Virus record (IMG/VR): IMGVR_UViG_3300045919_000302
Location: 1-64,000 of that record
From: a virus
Direction: 5' to 3' (one strand)
DNA length: 64,000 bases
Positions 55,836 to 64,000 of the stretch are shown in pieces. The notes beneath the pieces are model-generated. The model was not told the DNA's origin. It saw only the letters and a program-made list of their open reading frames with translations, and ran no database searches. Position numbers and translations under genes: made by a program. Each line of letters opens with the position of its first letter. The first letter of the stretch is position 1.

Positions 55836-55863
55836 TACGGCTGCCGCGATCCTGGCGGCCGTA
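55836..55863. repeat. 28-bp spaced palindrome, copy 7
   Basis: TACG GCT GCC GCGATCCT GGC GGC CGTA. Confidence 0.85.
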
Positions 55864-56178
55864 GGTTATCCAACTTTCTGCTCATCCATCAGGTGAACGA
55901 TTGCCTGGATCGGTTCAGCCAGCTCAGGAATGTTATGTGATGTCACTGCCAGAAACTCTGCAACCTCATCGGCCAGCTCGAATTTTCCATGAACTCGACC
56001 CATGCAAAATGAAACGATCATCCCCAGAACAAAAATAAATACGCTCATAGAATCCTCAAGGTGCAGCTCGTGATGAGCAGACAGACACAGATCGTAATCG
56101 TCGCATCGATCGGATCTCTGATGAACCACTTCCAAGTGGAGTCCATGATCTCTGCAATCACTTCGAAAAAAGTTTCCA

Positions 56179-56658
56179 CTACTTTCCCATCCTAAACCCC
56201 CAGGGAAATCCGCCGGCCAAAATATTCTCCAAGTGTTGCTTGTGACCGTCATCCATGAAGGATCCCTTTTCGAGCATCTCCCTCGCCTGGGCGGTCAGCC
56301 AGTCGGCCACGTCTTTTGGAATCTCCATCACCATCGGTTCGTTCGCCGGGTGCAGAAGGCCGGCCCAGGACCAGAGCTTGGCTGGGCCCTCCATCTTTGC
56401 CCACTTCCGGATGAAGAGCGTTAAGACTTTCTGGGCCTGCGCTGAGGTCAGGCCGCCTTCAGGATATCGATTCATCACCGAGATCGTAGCGAGCGCCCCG
56501 GCCGTCACCGCATGGGCCACCGTGTTCATATCGTGGGAGTAGTCGAGCATCAGGTGGTGGATCAGGCCCATCAGCCCTTCTGGCGTCTGCATCTTCTGCG
56601 CGGCCAGGTACCACTCATCCTGCACGTTCATCTCTTCTGAGATGTATTTCTTTTCCAT
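56179..56658 (-). CDS. Hypothetical protein
   Basis: Start MEKKYIS after GAGGA. Confidence 0.55.
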   Translation of the reverse strand: MEKKYISEEMNVQDEWYLAAQKMQTPEGLMGLIHHLMLDYSHDMNTVAHAVTAGALATISVMNRYPEGGLTSAQAQKVLTLFIRKWAKMEGPAKLWSWAGLLHPANEPMVMEIPKDVADWLTAQAREMLEKGSFMDDGHKQHLENILAGGFPWGFRMGK

Positions 56659-56710
56659 GCAATCCTCAGTTGTTTTTTGCAACGCTACTTCTCGTAAGAC
56701 GTTTTGTAAA

Positions 56711-56917
56711 CTACTTCTTGAAACTTCCGGATCCACGGGGCCGGGTCGAGGCTCCATTGCCGCCGCTGATGAAGTAGCCCGCGTGCGCAGAGATCGACTT
56801 CTTCACTTCCGCTCCGCACTCGGGGCAGGACTCAAGGGGCTTGTCCAGATCCGCGAGCTTCACGTCCCGCTCGAACTGGTGGTTGTTGCTGCATTCATAA
56901 TCGTATCGGGGGCACAT
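56711..56917 (-). CDS. FmdB-family zinc-ribbon protein
   Basis: PRYDYEC..NH.FE...CPECG. Confidence 0.75.
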   Translation of the reverse strand: MCPRYDYECSNNHQFERDVKLADLDKPLESCPECGAEVKKSISAHAGYFISGGNGASTRPRGSGSFKK

Positions 56918-56993
56918 TCAGTTCTCTCCTAGAAACAAAACCAATATCCACAATTCTCGTCAGGACACCTCTCCCCGCCGCCGGGCGGGTAGA

Positions 56994-57398
56994 TTAATTT
57001 TTTTCCGCACTTTGGACATCCATCCATGCTCGTACCTTTCTTTTCGTATCGTTGATCGAAAGCGGGGAGATGTCCTTGTGATCTAACTCGTGAATCCCCC
57101 CAGCGAAGATCTGATAAACTTTCCCACCATTCTCGATCATGGTGTCGATCTCTTTCCAGACGCCCATACCCCAGGTTCCGTCCGGGAACGGAGCGGCCAC
57201 CAGGGCTTCGCACTCGCAGACCAGTTCCTCGAAGTACGACATCCCCTGGAGCGCATAGGCTTCCTTGTGGTCCTCACCGTTGGGGTTGACGACATGCGAA
57301 CCAGGGAATGCCTTGTGGATCAGACTTACGAACTCACCTTCACGTTCGGTGTCGTAATCGCTGACGGGGTGGGCAAAGTAGATCCTGTTGATCTTCAT
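56994..57398 (-). CDS. Nucleoside 2-deoxyribosyltransferase-like fold protein
   Basis: IYFAHP...VVNPN...G.WGMGV..E. Confidence 0.5.
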   Translation of the reverse strand: MKINRIYFAHPVSDYDTEREGEFVSLIHKAFPGSHVVNPNGEDHKEAYALQGMSYFEELVCECEALVAAPFPDGTWGMGVWKEIDTMIENGGKVYQIFAGGIHELDHKDISPLSINDTKRKVRAWMDVQSAEKN

Positions 57399-57770
57399 GG
57401 TGACCTCATAAGGTGGAGAAGGGGCGAGCTATGGGAGTCAGCCACCGCAGCCATCTCGGCAACGCCTTATGGTAAAGGCAATCGTTATCCTTATTCAGCT
57501 CCGACGGATGACCGAAGACTTTCCGGGGACTAGCGCTGAGGATGAACCTCAGATGCGACAACAGAAATTGACACCCGGCCTCATCCCGTTCCATCTGTGG
57601 GAACACGGCAGTATTGAACCGCGCGACACTATCTCGGACCGGATAGTTGTTTGCTTTTTGAAAGTCGGTCAACTCGTCTGGAGCTAGACCCGGATTCGGG
57701 ACGTTGCATTGATCAGCTCCCGTGATGTACCAGCGGAGACAGTCGCGACAGTGTTTCTTTTCTTGGCAGC

Positions 57771-58421
57771 TCATTCTCCACCTCCGCCGCCAGAATCACC
57801 GCCAGAGTCTCCGCCGCTCGACCCGGAGTCGCTCGAAGACGAACTCGTATCCATGGAGCCGCCTGTATCCACGCTCGCTGCCTCAGCGGCCGGCGCTTCG
57901 GGCTCAGGGCCTTCATTGCGAGCGTCGGCCGGCACATCCCCGGGGTTCCGCTCGGCCTCTGACGCCGCACCCTCCTGGGCTTCGGCCATCCGGGCTTCCT
58001 CTTCGATCTGCTCTTGGGTGAGGGGGATGCCATTGTCCATGCTCTCGGGGATATCCACACGAGCTTCATCCTGAACTCGGTCCTGTGACGGGGCCAAGCT
58101 GCTCTTGGTCCAGCTTCCTCCGGGCGGGAGAGAGGATCCATAGCTGGTGTAATAATTCGTGGTGGCCGGGTTCATTTGTCCAGGACTGAAAAGCCAATAG
58201 TAATACCACCAGTCTCCTGTCGTATCGCGATAGGCGTAGCCCCCCTTGCATTGATCTCCGCCACACTCGGGGCGAAGCTTCTTCACCTGAAGCGACTGGG
58301 TGACTACCTGATGCTTGCGGCTCGGTTTATGGATGACTCCAAGTCCAAAGAGGACGACGATACCCAGAAGCACCAGCATGAACCCAACCAGGAACTCTGC
58401 CTGACCCTTATTATTACGCAT
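57771..58421 (-). CDS. Membrane-anchored protein with acidic Ser/Gly tail
   Basis: N-terminal TM helix; WWYYYW; DSGG repeats. Confidence 0.6.
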   Translation of the reverse strand: MRNNKGQAEFLVGFMLVLLGIVVLFGLGVIHKPSRKHQVVTQSLQVKKLRPECGGDQCKGGYAYRDTTGDWWYYYWLFSPGQMNPATTNYYTSYGSSLPPGGSWTKSSLAPSQDRVQDEARVDIPESMDNGIPLTQEQIEEEARMAEAQEGAASEAERNPGDVPADARNEGPEPEAPAAEAASVDTGGSMDTSSSSSDSGSSGGDSGGDSGGGGGE

Positions 58422-58660
58422 GTGTTTTCTCCTTGTGCGTATGCGACGGATGAGTGATCCGCCAAATGAGCGCCATGGCCAGGGTCGATCCCAGGCACAT
58501 CGCGTGAATCGCCACCCGTCTGTGCGTACCTCATGACTTCTTCTCCCTCTTGCGCTTGGCGTGCTCGATCAGCTCTTTCGTCCACTCCTTGCCGACCTTC
58601 TTCAGTTCGCGCTCGGAGTACTTCGAAACGCAGAAGCCCTCGCGCTCGTTGAACAGAAAG

Positions 58661-61432
58661 TTAGGAAGGCTCGGCAACCGGACTGAGCTGCGCTCGTCCA
58701 GTCTGATCATTTTGTGATGCATGTTCTTGAACCGTATTCGCGTCAGTACGAACCGTCAAGGACTTATCGAGGTAACGCTGCGCGAGAAGTTTGATTCGAG
58801 ACTCGTCTGAATGCTGAGCTTGAAGCGGGGAGTTGGGATCCACAATCCCCTGCGCCTGGGACGCCTTGAGCCCGAGCAAATCAATCATGGGCGGATCCGA
58901 TCCGCTGTCGCTCACGCAGTAGATCGCGGTGACTTGATTCTTCTGGCCGTCGCGTCGGAGTCTCCCGATCAGCTGCTCATGCACGGCCGGACTCCAATCC
59001 AGTTCGCCGATCACAACCAGAGATCCCCGCTCCTGAAGGCCGTCAAGCCCCACTCCGGATCTGAGTGAGATAATAAACAGGTTCGTCTTGCCACTGACAA
59101 ACGCTTCCTTCGCTTCGTTCTTCTGGGTCGGAGACTCGGTGCCCGTGTACATGACGGGCCTGTAGGCGGCCAATTCCTTGAGCCAGATCTCGTAGCAATT
59201 GTGAACGATGGTGAAGTCATCCAAAAGAAACAGGTGGTCGCCATCAGTCTCGAACCCGTAAAAGTGATCAACCCCTACCGATTCAATTTCGAAGCCGACC
59301 CGCAAGACGTTCTTGTTGATCCTCCTGGCGTCAGGACGCTTCCTGGAGATGACAGGGATCTTGGATAGATCACCGGAGATGCTCACGCGGTAAGCAAGAC
59401 TGACTGACCCATCCTTCTTTCCATACCCGCTGTGAACTTCAAACGGCCCACTCAGATATGCGGCCAAGCCTAGAGATCTGCACAACCATTCCACATCCTC
59501 GGCAAGCCTCTTGTTTGTATTTGAAAATTCGGCACCGCATCCATTTCTGTACACGTGCCCATCCGAATCTAGCAGTCCCGCCAGTAATTCGCGCCTCTCT
59601 TGAATGGATGCAGTCTTGTATTTCACGGGGATGTGCTTGTTTCTCTTGAGACCCAGATCCCTGAACTCAGAGAGCACCCTGTTGAAGCCATTCCCTTTGC
59701 CGCACGAGAGCCTCAGGTGGAAAGCCTCACTGGCTCCAGTCCTACCCGGTGCTAGGTACTTTCTGACAAGTAAGTCATGCCGGTCTGCGATGGTCTGGAA
59801 TTTATCTTCCACCTCAGCGTCCATGGTGGCGATGCCGAGCATGGCAAGCCTTGAGTCGCCGTTTCCGAGCCAGTACCCTAGAAGCCATGGCTCGAACACC
59901 GTCCCTGAGCTTGGGAAAGTAATCTGATCCGACCGCATTAAAGTATAATTGCGCCGCGCCCTGTCGCTCTTCTTTGCAAACTCAGAGGCCGTGATATCAA
60001 CGATCTTGAACTTCCTCTTGTTGTTGTATGACAAGGTGAGAATGTGACCCTCGCTGCAAACGAAAGGCTTGCCCTTCTTTGGGGTAACCTTCAGCATTTT
60101 ACCGCTGCCGCGAACAAGGGAGAGAACCCTGCGAGGACCAGAGTCCGGACCCATCACTAGGTCGCCGACCGCCACTTCCTCCACTGGAACTGAAGTGCCG
60201 TCGTACCTCATCACTCTCGTGCCCCGCGCAAAGCAGTCCCGGTGCCACCCGGCCAGCACCACGGGCTCTCCGGCCTCCAGGAGGACCTTCACGTACTCGG
60301 CGACGTACTTAGCCTTGGAGACCCCGGTAACCTGCCTGACCATGATGTCCAGCTCGCGGGCAGCCTGGCCTCGCTCGACGAAAGATCCGGTCGTGGCCTT
60401 GAGAGCCAGCTTCTTGGCCAGCTCCTCGATGTTCTTCACGGCTTCTTCGTCGTGGCCTACGGGCTCGATGATCACGTTCGTGGGCGGAAGCTCGCGGCCG
60501 ACCTCCTCGCGGGTCCGGCGGATGAACAGGAACTGCTCGCGGAGGTGGGTGCCCAGGGCCTTCGGATCCTTGACCGTGTCACCCCAGCCTGCCCACTCCC
60601 GCATGAAGTCGTCGGACCTGCCCAGGCATCCCTCCTTCATCAGGTTCAGGATGTTGTAGATCTCGGCCCCCTTGTTGTAGATCGGGGTGGCCGACAGGCC
60701 GAGCACATGGCTCACCGTCTTGCTTAGGTTCTTCGCGGCCAGGTACTTCTGGGAGTCAGATTTACGAAGCTCCTGGATCTCGTCGAACACCACCGACTTG
60801 AACGGGCGCATCCCGTAGATGTCGGACCACCCGGCAAGGCACGAATACTTCATGATATAGACGTCGGCCGGCGGGAGCGAGTAGGGCTTCGTGCCTTTCA
60901 CGAGATGGACCGAGCAGTCGGTGAACTTCGCAATCTGGTCTCGCCACTGGGTGGGCAGGTGGGTCTGGACGACGACCACTGCCGGCAGCAACTCGGGCTG
61001 AGTGAACGACCCGACTGCCAGGGGAGTTTTGCCCACTCCAACTGGGTCTCCGACCAGCAGTGCTCCGTTCTTGAGGTAGATCTCCAAGCCCTGGGCCTGG
61101 TAGTCACGGAGAGGGAGCTTCAGCTTGAACTCCTTGGGCTTGTAGTCCGGCCTGGCAATTCGCTCCAGATCATCCAGGCGGGTGATATGGGCATCCCTCT
61201 GGGCGTGGAGATGGGCCAGATCCAGAGACGAGATCGCGAGCGGGAAGCGATCGATGAACCAGGAGATCTCTCGGCAGAACTCGGGCGTATCCTGAAAGGT
61301 GAACGGGGCCACCTGGGTCTTCCGGATCCCTTGGTAGATCGACTTCAGCTTGATGACGACGTGGGGCTCGATCTCCGGGATGACCCACAGGCCCACATCC
61401 CGATGGAGAACGAGCTTGCCGTAGGACCTCAC
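58661..61432 (-). CDS. SNF2-family helicase with intein
   Basis: LRDYQ, GVGKT, DEIQ, LSATP, GVGLD, Q.IGRL.RDGQ; GTG start at 61432. Confidence 0.9.
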   Translation of the reverse strand: MRSYGKLVLHRDVGLWVIPEIEPHVVIKLKSIYQGIRKTQVAPFTFQDTPEFCREISWFIDRFPLAISSLDLAHLHAQRDAHITRLDDLERIARPDYKPKEFKLKLPLRDYQAQGLEIYLKNGALLVGDPVGVGKTPLAVGSFTQPELLPAVVVVQTHLPTQWRDQIAKFTDCSVHLVKGTKPYSLPPADVYIMKYSCLAGWSDIYGMRPFKSVVFDEIQELRKSDSQKYLAAKNLSKTVSHVLGLSATPIYNKGAEIYNILNLMKEGCLGRSDDFMREWAGWGDTVKDPKALGTHLREQFLFIRRTREEVGRELPPTNVIIEPVGHDEEAVKNIEELAKKLALKATTGSFVERGQAARELDIMVRQVTGVSKAKYVAEYVKVLLEAGEPVVLAGWHRDCFARGTRVMRYDGTSVPVEEVAVGDLVMGPDSGPRRVLSLVRGSGKMLKVTPKKGKPFVCSEGHILTLSYNNKRKFKIVDITASEFAKKSDRARRNYTLMRSDQITFPSSGTVFEPWLLGYWLGNGDSRLAMLGIATMDAEVEDKFQTIADRHDLLVRKYLAPGRTGASEAFHLRLSCGKGNGFNRVLSEFRDLGLKRNKHIPVKYKTASIQERRELLAGLLDSDGHVYRNGCGAEFSNTNKRLAEDVEWLCRSLGLAAYLSGPFEVHSGYGKKDGSVSLAYRVSISGDLSKIPVISRKRPDARRINKNVLRVGFEIESVGVDHFYGFETDGDHLFLLDDFTIVHNCYEIWLKELAAYRPVMYTGTESPTQKNEAKEAFVSGKTNLFIISLRSGVGLDGLQERGSLVVIGELDWSPAVHEQLIGRLRRDGQKNQVTAIYCVSDSGSDPPMIDLLGLKASQAQGIVDPNSPLQAQHSDESRIKLLAQRYLDKSLTVRTDANTVQEHASQNDQTGRAQLSPVAEPS
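59198..60235 (-). mobile_element. Canonical intein with LAGLIDADG endonuclease (346 aa)
   Basis: D|CFARGT...WLLGYWLGNG...LAGLLDSDG...IVHN|C. Confidence 0.92.
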
Positions 61433-61767
61433 AGCCAGCCCCTGCCAATATTGACAACGTAGCAAGGTTTGCCCAGGATCTGATCGGGGAAGCCCATCGA
61501 GCGATTGGTGATTAAGATAAAAGTTTTTACCTTATCTGACTCGCAGTACCTAAGGCACTGTTTGTAGATCGCTTTCGGCGAGCCTTTAATCTTCACTTCG
61601 ATGGCGATCCCGTCTTCACGGAAGAAGTCGGGTCGGCTCTTCTCGTCGAGCCGGTACTCCGGGATGAAGCCCGGGAGCAGTGGGGCCATCTCAGTCTTGA
61701 GTACGGCCTCAGTGGACAATGAGAAACGGTGGCGCTTCAGTTGCGCCAGGATCTGTTCGAGTTCCAT
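61429..61767 (-). CDS. PD-(D/E)xK nuclease
   Basis: RPDFF...IAIEVK; coupled to the helicase gene. Confidence 0.7.
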   Translation of the reverse strand: MELEQILAQLKRHRFSLSTEAVLKTEMAPLLPGFIPEYRLDEKSRPDFFREDGIAIEVKIKGSPKAIYKQCLRYCESDKVKTFILITNRSMGFPDQILGKPCYVVNIGRGWL

Positions 61768-62308
61768 CGGTGAGCGAGAGGCTATTCGAACACGATAAGG
61801 CCGTCAAGAGGAGTGTGGCTCCACAACTTCATGATCTTCCCCTCTTCAGTCCGTGGACAGGGCAATACGGATCTGTGTGGAATCCGCGACAGGAGCAGGA
61901 AAAGACTTCGCGGAGAATACCCTTGGCAGCCTTCTCATACGCTTCGATCCGCTCTTCGTAAGCCCGGAAGGCGGCAGTCAGACGGCGCTTCAGATCCTGC
62001 ATCTCGACCGCGCTGAACTTGGGTTGCATGCTGTCCACCCAGTCGTTCAGGGTTCGCATGGCCTCACGCTCCGCCCTGGATGAGGCGTCACTGTTTTCCA
62101 TTGATCATCTCCTTGAACGGACCCAGGGCGTGATGCATCATGGCGTCTGCTGTATCCATGTTTCCGGCCTCTGCCCTCGCGGTCATGCGTCGGTCACACC
62201 CCGGTCTGGCGCAGGCCCCATGGTAGTCAGAGACCCCGTAGATGATGAACTCAGTCCGCCACTGCCAGTCGTGCAGACCGATGGCGCAGAGGATCTTCCC
62301 CAGGATCT

Positions 62309-62710
62309 TCATCCGGGCCCAGGGCCTCTCGACATCTCCATCGCCATCTTCCCAGCGTCATGCATGGCCATCATCCCGTTTTTACAGCCGCACAAGTAGG
62401 GCTTCGCGCCTAAGATCACTGCCAACTTCTTCTGAGCATCGGTCATCGGGACCGCATCAAACAGTCTGGCCATGACCTCCCGTGACTGCTTGATCTCAAC
62501 GGACTCGTCCATATTTTCTTCCTTCTTTTCTTCGATCGATATTTTGAATCTTCGGTCGCCAACGTAGAACGATCCGACCATGTCAAACGTCCCCAGGGAG
62601 ACTAATTGGTTCAGAAACTTCTGGGTCAGATCCATCGGCTCGGCCAGCAAGTCATCCAGCTTCGGCATCCGCTCCAGGCGCTTTTCTTCTAGGTTGATAA
62701 TGTCAGACAT
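62309..62710 (-). CDS. Hypothetical protein
   Basis: MSDIINLEEKR; coupled operon. Confidence 0.5.
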   Translation of the reverse strand: MSDIINLEEKRLERMPKLDDLLAEPMDLTQKFLNQLVSLGTFDMVGSFYVGDRRFKISIEEKKEENMDESVEIKQSREVMARLFDAVPMTDAQKKLAVILGAKPYLCGCKNGMMAMHDAGKMAMEMSRGPGPG

Positions 62711-63259
62711 CAGTCCGTAATCCTCCCTGCTTGGATCTCCTCAAGCTTGTACCCGTCATGAACGAGCACGATGCGCTTGGGCTTCCCGTTGGGGTGGGCC
62801 TCGCCGACCAGCTCCTGAGTGCATGCCCCGACCACCACGTCGTCGGCCAATGGTGTCCACTGGCATGGGTTACTTTTCTTGCAGATCCTGGCCTCATGCT
62901 GATTCTGACGCCGGTCAACGCATTCGATCATCGACACCATCGACGCGGTGTTGATGCCGCTGACCGCATAAATCAACTGAAGCGTTGCTAGGGTGATCAT
63001 TGGTTTTCCCTTCGAGGTAACTCTGAACATGCCTTCAAAGGAGTGCCGTACTCATTGGTTCCGCGAGCATCGGCATACTGCTTGCGAGCGTACTCAATTC
63101 CTCCAAAGTAGGTTTCACTAAGTAGGTAGGACCAGATGACATCTAAATCTTTCCAGCCAGAAAACCATCGATGACACCGAATAACAGCCCCACGGACAGC
63201 GTGGGAACTTTTATACTCGGCTAACTCGGACTTTCTAATTAGTGTCCACCCAAACAGCG

Positions 63260-63679
63260 TCATGACTCTTTCCTCTCGCCGCGAGTCGGCTCAAGCAGTT
63301 TGGATGCTGGCACCGGACAACGGCTGCTGTAGCCGTGGTACTTGAGCATTTCCTCGCCCTTCGGCATGGCCTCGCCGCATATCTGGCACCTTCCAGCGGG
63401 AACCGGGGGTTTCTCTTCCACTCGGTCATAGGTCGCCGCAAAGATATCGGGCTTGCACGGATACAGCTCGCCCTTGACCCCTTTGATGATCCAGTCGCCC
63501 TTCTCGACCTTCATCATGCCTTCAAGGGTCTTGACCCAAAGGGTTTCGGTAGTTGGAGTGAAGCTGAGAACCGTGAACGGGTTCACGTCGGATAGCGTCG
63601 CTTCCCACGCGAAGGCGGCCTCCTGAAAACCGTCGTATTGCCACGCCTCAATCTCTACTGGACGTTTACGGAACTTCAT
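63260..63679 (-). CDS. Conserved phage protein (PGDYG/ASCH-like)
   Basis: KFRKRPVEIEA.Q...TLEG....GDWIIKGVKGELYPCKPDIF..TY. Confidence 0.75.
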   Translation of the reverse strand: MKFRKRPVEIEAWQYDGFQEAAFAWEATLSDVNPFTVLSFTPTTETLWVKTLEGMMKVEKGDWIIKGVKGELYPCKPDIFAATYDRVEEKPPVPAGRCQICGEAMPKGEEMLKYHGYSSRCPVPASKLLEPTRGERKES

Positions 63680-64000
63680 TCTGTTTCCCTTTCTTTGCCG
63701 TGCTGCCTCATCGGCATGTCATTTCGAGCAGCCGCCATGGGCCAGTTTCGCCGCGTACTCCAGCAACCAGACCTTCGGGGCAATGCTCGCCTTGAGCGCC
63801 GTCTGCGCAGAGCAAACCCCGCCGCCCAGGGCTATGGCCGCGAGAGCGACCACCCAAATGTAATGCATTTCTTGCATGTCATACGCACCGGCGTTCTTAA
63901 CGCGCTCAAGCGCCCACTTGTGGCCCCGCCAAGCGACGTACCCGATAACCGCGAAAACAAGCGTGTCGAAAATGTTCTCGGCCACGGCATATTTAACCGC

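Noticed and set aside
1-64000. Genome-wide TAG reassignment suggested by the CUA tRNA
   Set aside because: Conserved genes are uninterrupted under code 11, and several end at TAG at natural C-termini.
1-64000. CRISPR array
   Set aside because: No regularly spaced direct repeats with unique spacers were seen; the 28-bp palindromes are kilobases apart.

Overview
This window is a ~57% GC segment of a large T4-like (jumbo-type) myovirus genome, coded almost entirely on the minus strand. 1-32.5 kb is the virion module: tape-measure start, tail chaperone with a -1 frameshift, three tube paralogs, sheath, neck proteins, gp23-like capsid, protease-scaffold fusion, portal, and TerL with an intein. 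32.5-42 kb holds a tubulin/FtsZ gene, an HNH gene and a cluster of otherwise unrelated proteins. 42-64 kb is accessory: GHKL ATPase, HldE-like kinase, CsrA-like, Gly-rich and collagen proteins, Pth2, two unusual tRNA genes, and a SNF2 helicase with an intein. Four signals stand out. (1) Eight unrelated proteins share a short, mostly N-terminal peptide, roughly S-[VL]-D-x-[FW]-G-[LMF]-P-x-x-E. Several large multidomain proteins (ArdA, NUDIX, GNAT, ART-like domains) have x-x-E|S/A sites at their domain boundaries. Together these suggest a capsid-targeting tag plus protease-processed polyprotein cargo injected with the DNA. (2) A 28-bp spaced palindrome, TACG-N3-GCC-N8-GGC-N3-CGTA, recurs 7 times at 5-13 kb intervals. 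(3) A structured leader contains an amber-terminated uORF in frame with the first gene of an operon that also encodes Pth2 and a CUA-anticodon tRNA. (4) A tRNA-like gene has an 11-nt anticodon loop. All calls come from reading motifs by eye; no database searches were run.
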